From assembly GCA_013265495.1 (NCBI GenBank), contig MU057724.1:1441102-1505101 (forward strand): a stretch of DNA of 64,000 nt, given 5' to 3'. Position numbers and translations under genes: made by a program. The notes under the pieces are model-generated. The model was given only the letters and a program-made list of their open reading frames with translations. It was not told the origin of the DNA and made no database searches. Numbering within the stretch: position 1 is the first letter of the stretch; the number at the start of each line of letters is the position of its first letter. The stretch is from Vicugna vicugna (taxonomy: Eukaryota). Below, piece by piece: positions 50,620 through 63,210 of this stretch.

Positions 50620-52450
50620 AGCAGATGACGGAGAGAAGGGTCAGAGATGTGCCCACGGCCAGATCTCGCAAACACTTTTAGGTAAAGATAAATTTGGGGT
50701 AAGAAGTCATCAGAGTTTTAAGCAAGGGTGTGGTGGTCACATTAAAAAACAAACAACTCTCTATTGATTACTGCATGAAAAACGGGTCTTAAGGGTTTAG
50801 AATGAAAGCAGTGAGACACGGATGCAAGGAATGAGGTGGCAGACGGTGGTGAAGCGGACGTGGAGGTGCTGCGAAGCGGCCTGACTCAGGATAAATAAGC
50901 CTTGCTGATGGGGGGGGGGCTCCGGATACTGGGTGTAGAGGTGGAAGCCAGTTACCGCTGATGCACTGCTTCCAAATTTGGGGTTTGAGAAACAAGGTGG
51001 TGAGAGTTCTCTCTGGGGCACATTCAGTTTGAAATGCTTATTTAACATCCAAATGGAAGCGTCAAGGGCACAGTCTGACATACACGCCTGGGTCACAGCG
51101 ACCAGTCAGGACCTCGGAATATACGTGAGAGTCGTGACATCCAGGTGTATTTAAAGCCAGGGAGCAGCTGGGATGACAGAGAGGGCAGGTAGACAGACAA
51201 GATAAAAGAGCCAGGGAGAGAGGGCTGCAGCATCATAAAGACAAGAAGGAAGGGAAGACAAACCAGGCGGGAGAAGAAAGTTAACGGGGACTATGATACG
51301 GAAGGAAAAACTGAGCTTTTTGTTAGATCTTGGGAAAGAAAGAGTTCAAGAAGGGAAAAGCGGCAGCCTGCGCCAAGTACTGAAACGCATCTGGGCGAGG
51401 CATAGTCAGAGAAGGCAGCCCCGGGACGGAGGACGCTGGCGGGAGGCCAGCGCCTGAGCAGAGGGGGCGCAGGGGAGGAGCTGCGGCGGGGAGGGGAGCA
51501 ATGTCTCAGCAGGCCTGCCCACAAACACACAGCGTCACGTTCTCCCAAGTGGGGACGCGAGGGGAGGAGGCGCCTGGACAGGTGTGTGGTGTCAAGGGGG
51601 CAAGTGACAGATGTTTTTATGCGATGAAAATGTGATTTTATGATGAAAGATGTAAGCACTAAAAATAGCCATACTGGCGACGCAGGGGCAAGAAGAGGTG
51701 GCGGCAGGGACCAAGGCTCTGAGAAGCAAGGCCAGTAGTCGGGTAAGGCTGGGTCTTTGAAGAAGCTGAGACAGCTCACTCCCTGTAACGAGAAAGGCGG
51801 TAGGGGACAGGGAGTAAATGGAGGCACATGGTTGATGCGTTGATTACGAAACAGAAAAGATGCAGATTGTTTCCATTTTTCTCGGAGAGGAGATACGTAA
51901 AGTAAGACCATCAGCTGAAAGGGGAAGGGGGCTGGATTTAAAACTTGAGGAGACAGAGGCTGTCAAACAGACATTTTAGAAAGAGCAGAAAACACAGTAA
52001 GCAAGTGTGGACAGACTGCTGGACGCGAGAGCGCCTGTCTACCATCTGAGGTCATGAATTCAAGTGAGACTTTGGAATGGCACTGCCACGCTCCCCGGCA
52101 GAGTGGGGCTCGACGGATTCTGCAAGCGTTGACTTTCTATCAGAGGAACTTAACAGGGGAAAGATAGGGGAGCTAAGAATGTCTGCAAAAGAGAAATTAC
52201 AGCAAATTACCATGACATCCAAGCTGGATAGGAAGGATTTGACAGCAAAATAAGGCAACTGAGAGGGAAAAGGAGGTGGTGACGCGGGGACTGGTGGTGA
52301 CGGGGAGAGGGGATGACGTGGGGGGGGAGGGACAGAACAGCATGTGAAGTTAGGTTTTACACACATGAATATTTGGTTCTGAAATATTTGAAACTGTAGC
52401 AATTAAACATGACTGAGTTCTTCACAGCCGTCTGTCCTTCCAGAAACAAA
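50620..52450 (-). mobile_element. L2 LINE remnant (fragmented)
   Basis: gagttttaagcaaggg; gggcacattcagtttgaaatgcttatttaacatccaaatggaagcgtcaagg. Confidence 0.65.
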
Positions 52451-52654
52451 GCATGTGGACATACCGAGTACTAACATACTTGTTATCAATCTTACGTGTA
52501 TGTATTTCCCCCCGCTTTAGGGGGAAAATTTCTCATCAAAATGAACTTAAAGAAATTCATTTAAATAAATTCCCTAAAACAGAAATTTACAACAGCTACT
52601 CATAATTTAGAGGATGCAATAAGAGCAAGAGAAAAAATATTCAAAGTGGTTTAG

Positions 52655-53758
52655 ATCAACTTCTAGTTTCCAGTCTGACCTTTAAGGGATTTGAAAGTCA
52701 TGGCTCCAACACTGAAACAACTGAAAGTCAAAACTCTTATTAGCTTCATCAGACAGTTGCGGCCAGAAGGCACATCACTTCCCCCAAAGCTGGAGAGGCG
52801 ACAGGCAGATACAGAGACTCACAGCTCACCCGGCAGCAGCCCAGGAGCAGACACGGCCGCTGGCATCAGTCCAAAGGCAGGAGCAGTCTAGCTATGACTG
52901 ACCGGGTGCTGGAGGCTCAGGGCGGACAAGTTCAGATCTACACCCACGCTTATCATAGTCAACCTGCAAAACTCAAAGACCAAGTAACAATCTTGAAAGA
53001 AGCCGGCGGTGGGGGGGAACTTACTTATTGAGGGACAAGGATAAGAATTACATCTAGCTTCTCTTCAGAAATCATGAAAGCAAGAACAGAATGGAACAAG
53101 ATATTTAAAATAATTGAAAGGAAAAACCCAACAACCTAGACTTTCATACCCTGTGAAGTTATCTTTCAAAAGTGAAGGAGAAATAAAGACTTTCTCAGAC
53201 AAACACGAATGGAGAAACTGCGCTGTCAGAAGACCAGCCTGCTTTGCAAGTAATGTTATAAGAAATTCATTAGAAAGAAGGAAAATGAGAGCAGGCAGAG
53301 CTCAGCTCTACATAAGGGAAGGAAAATCATTAGAAAATGAGTAAATGGTAAAATAATACCTATTTTTCTTATTCTTAATTGACTGAATAGGCAACAGCCT
53401 GTTTAAAATAATGACAAAACATTTGATGATTGTACCTTATGGGTATGTGAAATGAATGACAGAAATGCCATAGGAAGGGGCGGGAGGGACTGTAAATGCT
53501 CTATAGGAAGCTAACTTCATGAGCCATGGAAAAATGACTTGTGCTGTATGGAAGAAAACGTGGATTAGGTGTAAATGTATAGAACTCAAGGGCAGTACTA
53601 AAAACAATGATTGCTACATGAAGAGAGGAGAAGAAATAAACAGGATCATTGGAATCATACATCATTTTAAATGTCAGTGGTCTAAATCCACTAGTTAAAA
53701 GAGTCAGACTGTCAAAGTGGATAAAAACACAAAACCCAACTGAGTGTTGCCCACAAGT
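52655..53758 (+). mobile_element. L1MD-like 5' end, ORF1 C-terminus and ORF2 start
   Basis: KGKTQQPRLSYPVKLSFKSEGEIKTFSDK (ORF1); aaatgtcagtggtctaaat..gttaaaaga..agactgtcaaagtggataaaaa (ORF2 endonuclease start). Confidence 0.85.
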
Positions 53759-53959
53759 GACAGTGGCTTAGGCCACACGTCGTGGTGCTCTGCGGTACCT
53801 TAGTCTTTCCGTAAGTCTGTCCCATATGTACACCCTCTTCACCTGGACACCCCCCCCGACCCTGACTCCTTAAGACATCAGATTATGTACTGATTAGAAC
53901 ATCCATGCTTCCCCTGGGGGTGAAGGTCCAAGGGGCCTCCCAGGGGTGCCGGCTTAGTG

Positions 53960-54228
53960 TTCTGTTCGGGTAGCTCTTTAACTGGGCTCTCCACCTGAAG
54001 CTCTCCCGGCCCCCATCTGGTTTCCAGCTGAGCCGGGGCTCTGAGAAGAGCATCATCAAAGTGCTCAGTCGCAGTCTCTGCCCCCTCGGTGATGAGCCTC
54101 CTGGACGTGGAGCTGATTTGGGACCCAAGTCGAGTATCTAAAATCCCTAGAGAACACAGCACGGTGGGGCCCACACTGACCAGGCACCGCATACGCCGTG
54201 CGGCTGGGCATTCACCGCCTCAGCGCTG
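53960..54228 (-). pseudogene. Pseudo-exon with one TSP1-like repeat
   Basis: AEAVNAQPHGVCGAWSVWAPPC, a frameshift, then CSLG..TRL...TRWGPGELQVESPVKELP. Confidence 0.55.
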
Positions 54229-54365
54229 CTGAAGGAGGGCCTGAGCCCTAGCTGTGTACCACAAGCCCGTCGATCAGGTGCAGTAACTCCCAGACCCATC
54301 CCCACTTGGGTACGACGTACGAAACTGCCTGGAAGCAGGCTTTCGCACTTTGGGGGACGACTTAC

Positions 54366-54683
54366 CACTATCGGGGCCCCAGCTCACACACTGGAGACTC
54401 CAGAGAGGCGTTGCCAGGCCAACAGAAGCATCCCAAATCCACCTCCCGCAGGCTGGCGGGTTCCCGCTGCCGACTCCCTGACGTGGGCCTCATCCCCAGA
54501 CGTATCCTTACATCCAGAAGAGCAAACCCAGCTCCCAAGTGCCGTCGGCAACCACGGCCCGCTTCCCGTTGTGCCCAGACACCCAAGCGGATGCCTCAGC
54601 AGCGTCCCTTCCTGGCTGAGGCCACACAGACACGACGACTACGCTGCCTGGCGTTCCCTACCCTGCACGGTGGTGGCGTTTCT
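54366..54683 (-). pseudogene. Pseudo-exon with one TSP1-like repeat
   Basis: Consensus donor tg|gtaagt at 54365; LGVWAQREAGRGCRRHLGAG...CFCWPGNASLESPVCELGPR*; acceptor uncertain. Confidence 0.6.
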
Positions 54684-55931
54684 CTAGGTCATCCGGGAGG
54701 AAACAAGGATTGTGAACAGGCCCTCTGAGCTGCAGACTGAAGAGGGCTGCTGTCAGCTTCCCAAAGGATGCAGTCGGGAGAGCTGCGTGTCCCTCCCTTT
54801 CACACAGTTACCCGGGGGGATATTCAGGCAGAGCTAAAGAATCTCCTTCCACGGAAGAAACGGAGGTGCCTCCCCACCTTTTAGCACCAGATAGAAGAAA
54901 GACACTAGGTGCGTCGCTCCCTTGCGCTGAGCCAGTTACTCCCACGGAAAAGTGCTATCGCGCTGCTCCTGGGCCTGCGGCCCACGTGGGAGTGACCTTC
55001 TGTCTGCCGTGGTCTCCCCATGAGCCTGTTTCACCCCGATCCTTGCCCCCTGGCAAGTTATCCCTTGCTGACTCAGCTTAACCACAGAGCCTGCAGCAGC
55101 AGTAGCCCTGATGACTCTTCTCTTTGGCCACATCCCCAAGGAGATGTCATGGGACTTGGCAGAATCACAGTGCCAGCCGTCACTCACTATTGTAGCCATT
55201 TTCACAATGACCTGTAAAAATCAGCCGTGACCCACGCTCGTATACCTTTAGGAAACTTGACGGAAGCAACTGAATGTCAAATACAATGAGATGGAAGTCA
55301 CCATCTGTGCACTCACAGCACCTTCCACGTACCTGTGCAAGTTGAAACGTGGACCTGGGACCACTGAATTGGGCAAAATGAAAGGAACATTTTGTGAGGG
55401 GGAAATATAAACTTATGTCACTGATTCTTCCTGACCCCTCGCTCCCACTTCTCAGCCACAAACATGCAGTGCAGCCCCACTGCCTGCCCGTTCACCACAG
55501 ACACCGTCAGCCGTGAGCACACCAGCCCCCGGACCGATTTTCACTCTGTGGACGTAACAAGTCTTCTGTTTGCTCATCGCGATTTTCAGTGCGGCAGCTG
55601 CTGGGAGGGTGACAGGGACTGGGGTGTGTTCATGTGATTATGTCTCACCGCCTTTTCTGCTTGTATTAAAGACACAACTACAGGCTGACGAGAGAGAGAA
55701 CTTGCTGTTTTCAAACCTTCTGTTGTGTCCTCCAGGGATGCCCACGTCACAAGGTAAGTAAAGAAGAGGTTCTAACAAATGTGCATTTCTGTCGGCACCC
55801 ACCCTCACCCCTCAAAGCAGTCAAAAGGACAGCGACGCGCTCACGCCTTTCTCTGGGGGTCTGGCCTGCAGCTGCTTCGAGCTTTCGTGTCCCGGCCATG
55901 GCGCCGCCATGTCTTCTCACACGGGCGGCTT

Positions 55932-56292
55932 CCTGTCGCCTGAGGCCGTCCTGCTGTAACAACCACCACCTGCTGGGTGGCTTGTAAACGTCAGAGATTT
56001 CTTTCTCACAGTCTGGAGGCTGAGTTTCAGTTCAAGGCGCCCGCCTGGTTAGATCGAGGTGGGGGGCCTCCTCCAGCTTCACAGGCAAATCTTCCTCGCT
56101 GTGTCTTCACGGGGCGCCAGAGTAAGGGACCTCGGTCGGGTCTCTTCATGAGAACGCGAATCCCAGTCATGGAGGCTCCACCGTCCTGGCCACGTGACCC
56201 TCCCAAGGGCCCTACCTCCTAGGACCATCATCTCTGAGGCTGGGATTCCAACATCTGAGTTTTGAAGGGACATAAACGTTCGGACCGTAGCA
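55932..56292 (-). mobile_element. MLT1A-like MaLR LTR
   Basis: tttctcacagtctggaggctg...catggaggctccacc...ctcccaagggccctacctcctaggaccatca...gggacataaacgttcggaccgtagca. Confidence 0.85.
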
Positions 56293-56532
56293 CGTCTGAC
56301 GCAGAGGAAAGGTCACCCCGCGCTGGGTGAGTGGCCTGTGTGTCGGCCCACACACTTCCTAGCTCGGCTAACAGACTAAGGCTCCTCGCTCAGCGTTCCA
56401 GTACCTCCGGAGCTGGGGACCGGCTTGTGATTTCTGCAGGGAGAGGACGACGGACAGACACATGGTCGAAGTGAACTGTCAGAGACGCTTACACACGTGG
56501 GGCCGTCACCGGGAGCGCCTCGCTCTGCCCAC

Positions 56533-56726
56533 CTTTCCTGACTGTGTGTATTTCACATCCAGGCGCTACCCGGGACTAACTTACAACACCTCAGTCACTG
56601 GCACCCGGACAGTCACTAGTGCCCCAGATAATTGTAACATCACTATAAATACTTGTAATAACTCGTTACCCAGCAGAAGTAAATGCACTTTAACTTCAAA
56701 AGTGTTAGCACATTCAACGTCTCTAC
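56533..56726 (-). pseudogene. Pseudo-exon, non-TSP1 domain
   Basis: Acceptor gcttttctccgtag, donor aag|gtgggc; GRDVECANTFEVKVHLLLLGNELLQVFIVMLQL..* with a stop. Confidence 0.35.
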
Positions 56727-57258
56727 CTACGGAGAAAAGCACTTGCCGCCTTAATGTCTGTAATCACAGATGTGGGGACAGCCGAGAGCCGTGTGATCCC
56801 ATTTTTATTTGGGGGGGGGTGCTTCTTTGTTTTCACAAATATTACTTCCCCTGAAAGATTCTAAAGCACCTGGTTACACCGTGCAGCTCACCCTAAGATA
56901 TCTGGTTTGAATGTTAATAAAGTGCCCCATTAAATTACCCTGATACATCTCTCCTGCACACTGAGCCGTCTGAAGCCCTGCCAAGGAAACCAGCAGAAGG
57001 AAACAGTGACTGCCTCTCTTAACTGAATGAAAACAAGGTAAATAAAGAAATACTGATGAAGCATCAATGTCAGTGCAATAAGAGAGAAATAATGGGGTGC
57101 AAAAGCATCCCGCAGAATGCTGATGTCATTTGACGTGTCTCCCAAGGCACAGACGGGCTGTAAGACCCTGTTGCCGACGGGCTGTCTCGCTCTGGGCGCG
57201 GACGGGGTGCGGCAGTCATGCGGCCACCTGCAGGGGGCTGCAGGCAAAGCTGCTTCAC

Positions 57259-57365
57259 CGGCGGTGCCGGCGTGTTGTGAGATTCCTGAAGGAAATATTT
57301 TCATCGACAGCCTGGCGAGTATCAGGTCCACAGAACTGAACTAAAAACACCTACTCCTGTCAACC
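57259..57365 (-). pseudogene. Pseudo-exon (VQFCGPD...)
   Basis: Same FCGP motif as the other repeats, preceded by a pyrimidine-rich AG; boundaries approximate. Confidence 0.35.
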
Positions 57366-58074
57366 TTTTAAGACAACAGTAAAAGGACAATGGATTTGTG
57401 AAATAATCTCAAAAATACATCCTTCTATTCAGGGCAAATCAAAACGCCAAGTTGGATATAAACACGTTGCAGAAGGACGATGTCTGGACTTCTAACAGCA
57501 GAACTGAGTATAGAGAAGCTAGTATGACTTTTTATTTTATTTATGAGGGGTAAGTGAGACTTCATGTATCTGGAAACCAAAATAACCACGGTTGAAACAA
57601 GATGGCGATTCCTGTCTCTCACAAAAGAATCTGAAAGCAGGACACCCCATCACACCTACGGTAACTCCTCGCTGTCACCCTAGACGCAGTCTCCAAGCCT
57701 GTGTCCTCCCGTCCTCAGTATGAACAGCATCCCCAGCTCGCCTCATGCTCCAGCGTGGACCCTGAGCACTCAGACATCCTGCCAGCCTAACGGCAGAGGG
57801 AAGGAGGAGATGCAGCCAGGCCAAAGGACCGCAGGAAGCAGGCTGCAATCTCAGGGAAGGCTGTTGCTCGGATACCATCGCTTAGCGCAAGGCCACACCT
57901 CGGAGCAGGGATGTAATCTTTCATGACACGGCAACATGCCAGCATTGGGGCTTCACAACCAGAGGAGGAGGAGGAAACAGAGATCATGTTTTGGAAACAT
58001 AGATCAGTTTCAGCCATAAAAAGGAAAATAAGGAATTTCTGTTTTTACTGTAATTGTTAAGACAAACTTTTGTT

Positions 58075-58240
58075 TGGGGTTAGACGTCCTAGACTGAAAC
58101 CCAGGTTCTGCGAATCTTCAGGTTTTAGACACGGACGTGTGACGTCAGCTCTCTGGGCCCCACTTTCCAGCTGTAAAATGGGGACAGCAGTAGCACCTTT
58201 TCTGTCTGAGAACAAAATAAGATAACGTATTAATGCACTG
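58075..58240 (+). mobile_element. MIR SINE
   Basis: ctctctgggccccactttccagctgtaaaatggggacagcagtagcacc. Confidence 0.7.
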
Positions 58241-60795
58241 CTGGCTGTGATTTGCTAATATTTGGTTGAGGATTTTTGTATCTTGTATCACGATAGACAT
58301 TGATCTGTAGTTTTTTTTCGTTTTGTTTTGTTTTTGCGACTCTGTCTGGTTCGCATATCTGGCCAATATTAGCCTCATAAAATGAGTTAGTAGATCTTTC
58401 TTTTTCTTCTATTTTATGTTTGTAAAATTGGTCTTAATTCTTTAAAATTTTGGTAGGATTCTCCAGTAAAACCACCTGGGCCTGAAGACTTCTTTTTCTG
58501 GTGCTTTTAAATTGCAAACTCAATGTCTTTTATAGTTACAGCAACATTCATCTTTTCTGTTTCATCTTGGTTGCAAACTGATAGTTACTGTTTCTGAGGA
58601 GTTAATCCATTTCAGGTAAGTTGGCAACTTTATGGGAGCAAAGTTGTCTGCACACACGAAAAATGTGTATACTGCAGACAACTTTACTTATATTCTTTAT
58701 TCCCTTTTCAATGGCCTCAGAACCTGCAGTGATGTCCTGGGTTCCATTCTTGATACTGGTGATGTCTGTTTTCTCTCTTTTTCTCTTTGCCAGTCTTGCC
58801 AGAGGTTTTCCAATTTTACTGATTTTCCTCAAAGAAACAACTCTGTATTTCATTTTCTCTGCGGTTTTCCTGTTTTCAATTTTCTTCATTTTTGCTTTTA
58901 CGTCCTTTCTATTAACTTTGAGTTAATTTTCTGTTCTTGTTCGAATTTAGGGAGGGAAGAATTTAGACTATCAAGTCAAAACCTTTTCTTTTTTCTAATG
59001 AAATATTTAATGCTATAATTTCCCTGTCAGCACTGCGTTAGCTGAATCCACGTTTTGATACGCACCATATGCATCTTCCTTCAGTTCTGCACACTTCTGA
59101 TACTTCCTTTGAGATTTACTCTTTGACCCGTGGATTATATAGAAGTGTGTGGTTTATTTTAAAGTGGTTGGAGATTTTCCTGTCATCTTTCTCCTGTTAA
59201 TTTCCAGCTTGATTCCATTATTGTCAAAGAACATACTCTGTATAATTAAATATTTTAAAAATTCATTGAGTGTTTTATGAACAACTATAATGGTCTCCAT
59301 CCTGGGGGATGTTCCACAGGCACCTGAGGAAAATAATGCGTATTCTGCTCTTGTTGAGTGTAGCGCTCACTCGGGTCAGGTAGAGTCTGTTGGCCGATGG
59401 TGTTTGGTTCTTCCGCATCCTCGCTGATTTTCTGTCTGGCTGTCCTTTCAGTTGTTGAGTGAGTTGCTGGTGCCCCCAGTTTAACTGTGAATTTGTCTTT
59501 CTCACCTGTCAGTTCTGTCAATATTTTTGCTCCACAAATCTTACAGCTCTTTCGTTCAGTGCATGCACACTTAGGACTGCTGTGTCTACTGTGTTAATTG
59601 ACCCTCTGTCATTATTTAATTGTCCTCCTGTCTCTAGTAATAGTCTGTGATTTGAAGTCTGCTTTATGTGATTTTAATATAGCTACTTATGCTTCTAGAA
59701 TTAATGGTTTCATGATATATTTTCCATCCATTTGCTTTTAACCTAACTATACAACTGTACTTTAAGTAATTGTATTTTAAGCAATTTCCTTGTATTTGGC
59801 ATATAAATGGTGATTAGTTGCTGTTGTCTGATCCACTTTGCCCACCTCTACCTTATAATGGGTGTATTTAGACCATTGCCATAAATGGTAATTATCAATA
59901 TGTGAGGGCTCACATCTGCCATATTAATATATGGTTTTTGCTTGAATCCCTGTTTCTTGATTTTCTGCTTCCCCTTTCTTATCTTCTTCTGGGCTACTGA
60001 ATGTTATTTAGGGTTGCAGCTTGATTTATTTACATTCTCTTTTTTTATTCAGAATTTAGTATTCTAATTTTTTTGCAATTTTCTGTGCATCACATGTGGC
60101 CCTTTAATACATTGCTTCACACAGGCATTTCAGTCATGGTCCAGGTACTCGAACACACATCCTGCAGCCCACCGCTGCCTGCTGATAGCAGTGTTTCATC
60201 ACTTCAAGTGAAGTGTAGGAATCTCACCTCCATTTAGGTCTCTGTACGCTCTCCATTCTTTAAATATATTTTCCTTAAGCATCTCCTTGGCAATACGGTC
60301 CACATCCTATCACCTGGGGTCTAAGTTTTGCTTCGACTATGAAATACCGTTTATGAACTTACGAGAAGCTCCCTTGGGTAGCTGTTGCTGTTCTTACTCC
60401 TTCCCGTGTTTTCTTCCGTTTCTAACCCTTCGTCACCGTCTCCTTTCTGTCTGTAGAACCTCTTCTAGCCACTTTCCAGGGGGGTTTGTCAGTAACACAT
60501 TCTCCAAGCTTTGCTTCTGCCGAGAGCGCCCCGGCTCCCGTCACACCCAGAGGTGTCTGGCGGGCAGCGCTCACGGCCGGCCCTCCTCTCTCAGCACGCG
60601 AACTGCCGCTTTCACGGCCTCCGTGGTTCAGAGGAATCACCTGCTAACAGTCAGACTGGTGCTTCCCTGCAGGGAAAGTGTCCTTTCTCCTGAGGTGCAT
60701 TCAAGGTTTCTGTCTTCACTTTGCAGAGGTGTAGCTATGATCTGTCAGTGCGGATGCCTTCGAGTTTATCCTTTTCGGGGTTGACTCAGCTGCTT
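58240..60795 (-). mobile_element. Old L1M element (ORF2 endonuclease/linker and upstream sequence)
   Basis: KISKIGKPLARLAKRKREKTDITSIKN..DIT; KILNQILANHSQQCI; ERTARQKISEDAEE. Confidence 0.9.
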
Positions 60796-60802
60796 GAATC
60801 TG

Positions 60803-61005
60803 AAGGGGGTCAGAATACTCTTTGGCGTAAGGATTATTTTGAGATAAATATTTCTGAGATTCAACAGATGCAGAAAGAAGCCTTCCAGAGCTTCCCTCAC
60901 CTGACCCACACGCAGGAACTTCTCGTAAATGAGGACCACAGGAAAGTTCTGTCGCCGTGAAGCAGGCAGAGCTGGCACCAGGATGGACCTTCACAAACAG
61001 ACCCC
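60803..61005 (+). mobile_element. MER34-like LTR fragment
   Basis: tgaagggggtcagaatactctttggcgtaaggattattttgag...cagatgcagaaagaag. Confidence 0.6.
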
Positions 61006-61228
61006 TGCCGAGACGGCCCTGGTCTGGCCTCTATGTCGCCCCCGGGCCCCCTTAATTATTAAGTGCTAGGGTCCTCCATAATAACTTCAGCAGACAAACT
61101 GTTAAATATTATTATTTGATAAATCAAGTATATATAATAATTTGTTAAATAATTAATCAGGGAATATTCTTTTTAAATGCCAGGAGCTTGATCATAACGC
61201 TAGATGCTGCCAGTTAGTCTACCAGTAC

Positions 61229-61620
61229 TTGAGATGGTTCGTTAATACCACAAACATCACTTTCTAAGTAACTACAAACTGTGCTACAGAAAGTAAACTG
61301 ATCGTCAAAGGCAGCGCAGGAAATCAGGGATGCACTTGTTCTGTCTGACAAATGTTCGCCCAACACCCAAAAAGCAGTTCGTATTTTTTTATTGCTTGTC
61401 AGAGACAAGTCACTCCACGTCATTCAGAATTCTGACTGAAAGCTGTTTCTACTCATGTCTTAGCAAGTTTTCACACTGTGCAAGTAGCTGTTTTCCCCCC
61501 GGAGGTGACAGCTGGCTTCCCAAAGTGCAGCTGGCCCTTCCGTCGGACGCGCCAGCCAAGCCAGCAGGGAGGAACACGTAGACCCTGACACAGCGGCGAG
61601 GCCGTGGGGAGGACGACATG
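61229..61620 (-). pseudogene. Pseudo-exon segment with two tandem TSP1-like repeats
   Basis: Repeat 1: PPHG..GSTCSS/PCWLGWRVRRK/SCTLGSQ..QCENL. Repeat 2: TWSDLS/NCFLGVGRTFVRQNKCIP/QFTFCSTVCSYLESDVC. One frameshift falls in an A7 run. Confidence 0.6.
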
Positions 61621-62336
61621 CAGAGGCCGGTGTGCTTGTTGCGGCCAAAAGGAGAAGATCAGACGTGCGGGAAAGTTTGTTTTTAAAGAACAAATGTTGC
61701 ATGAGAGTCAGGCGCTTCACATTTAAGAGCTATACTAACACTGCTGCTTAGAACACTCCGCCTGAAAGAAACGTAAGTCACCCTTTCTGAGCTTGTTCAC
61801 AGCATTTAAGACGGGATCCCCCCCTGCCCAGCCCCTCCTCCCAGCTGTAAGGGCCTTTCCACGCTTCTTCGCGACAAACGTTTCCATCTCACAGGTGAGG
61901 AACCTCAACCACGCCCACACAAGCTGGCAGGAAAGTGCTGATCACACATCCGGGTACTAAAACCTCACCTCCGTGGCTCCCGAGCGCTTGTCCCCCGCAG
62001 AGCGCTTCCCCGGCGCCTCCCCAGGCTCAGGCGGGCTCTGCCTGCGCACACGCACCTGCTGGCCTGGGGCTCCCGCTCGCCTCCGGCTGGAGTGTCCTCC
62101 AATCAGATGTCCCCCAATCCTGCCTTCTGCCACAGGGCAGCTGAGTTTTACAAATTCCAGGAAGCTAATGGAGATCTCTCACACACTCCTCAGTCCCCCT
62201 GTCTCTGAGCCTGGATACTGCCTGTAAAATGTACACAGAGGAGTGACAGCACGCTCCTCCTATAACAACCCCTAGCACTCAGCTCCATCCACCCCGTCGG
62301 GGGGAGAGGCAGGGAGAGCATGTGAGTGCCTCTCAC

Positions 62337-62471
62337 AAAGCGCGTCTCCTCGGAGCCGCACGTCCACAAGCCAGCTTCACACGCCGGCTACTCCTCGCCC
62401 GGCCTGGCAAGTCTCCAGGTCCACACGGAGTCTTCAAATGCCAGCAGGTTCCACACGGCCCAGACACTCAT
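62337..62471 (-). pseudogene. Pseudo-exon, TSP1 C-terminal half-like
   Basis: Acceptor cttgtctcttacccgag, donor gtgaga. KTPCGPGDL, then after a frameshift EE*PACEAG. Confidence 0.45.
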
Positions 62472-62678
62472 CTCGGGTAAGAGACAAGGGGCTTTTTTTG
62501 ATTCACATCTTTATAATAAAGGAATTATGTGTAAACAGATGAGGCGCCTCAAAACTTAAAAGAAATTACAGAAAGTAACATTTCATAGTATGTGAATTAG
62601 ACAGAGTTCACTAACCAGTCAATTTGTAAAAAAGTTATCTGGCATAAAGGCAAATTACAAATAATCCTCAAATTTAAC

Positions 62679-62830
62679 CAAGACAAACTTCTGGAGTTAA
62701 GGGTGAGTTTCGCTTCACTGGATTTTGTGGTGAGCGTTTCCTCTGTTTGCTGACTGGGGTTCACCTCTGAACTTCTCCGCCTTATGCTACTTCAAGCATC
62801 TCAGCGTTTCATCAGATCCACAAATCCCCT
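62679..62830 (-). pseudogene. Pseudo-exon (EGICGSDE...)
   Basis: Acceptor gcttcccacag; GICGSDETLRC followed by an in-frame stop; donor weak. Confidence 0.35.
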
Positions 62831-63034
62831 CTGTGGGAAGCGATGGCAGCAGGTGAGAATTCACAGGACTGTGCTTTCCGATAAAACTTTGGATCTGTGG
62901 CCTCCCACCTCAAGTCCACCCCGCAGGGTCCGGCCCCGCCATGCTGGCAGGCATCCCCGGACCTCTGCCCCTTCCTGAGCTGGCGGCGCTAACCCACCTC
63001 CTTCCCCTCCTCTCCAGCCTCCAGCACCTCTCAC

Positions 63035-63210
63035 CACGATTCCCCCTCAGGGGTGACCTTCATCCTTATTCCTCTGAGAAAATATAAGCTCCAAGAAGAT
63101 AATGACCATGATCTCCTCCCATCGCAGGACCACACTTCTGCTTGGGAAGGACCCCCACGCCATCTTGCACATCCCAGGTAAACGGGACCAGCCTCTGATA
63201 GAAATCCATG
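63035..63210 (-). pseudogene. Pseudo-exon, TSP1 N-terminal half-like
   Basis: Acceptor ttcctcctcctcatcag, donor gtgaga. Frames give HGFLSEAGP and QDGVGVLPKQKCGP, joined only by a frameshift. Confidence 0.5.

Noticed and set aside
51291..51911. 206-aa minus-strand ORF
   Set aside because: It lies within an L2 remnant and purine-rich sequence, with low-complexity Pro/Leu/Ser content.
53760..54850. ERV pol remnant (WKPDG-like string)
   Set aside because: No reverse transcriptase or integrase motifs follow; TSP1-like motifs and a consensus donor explain the region better.
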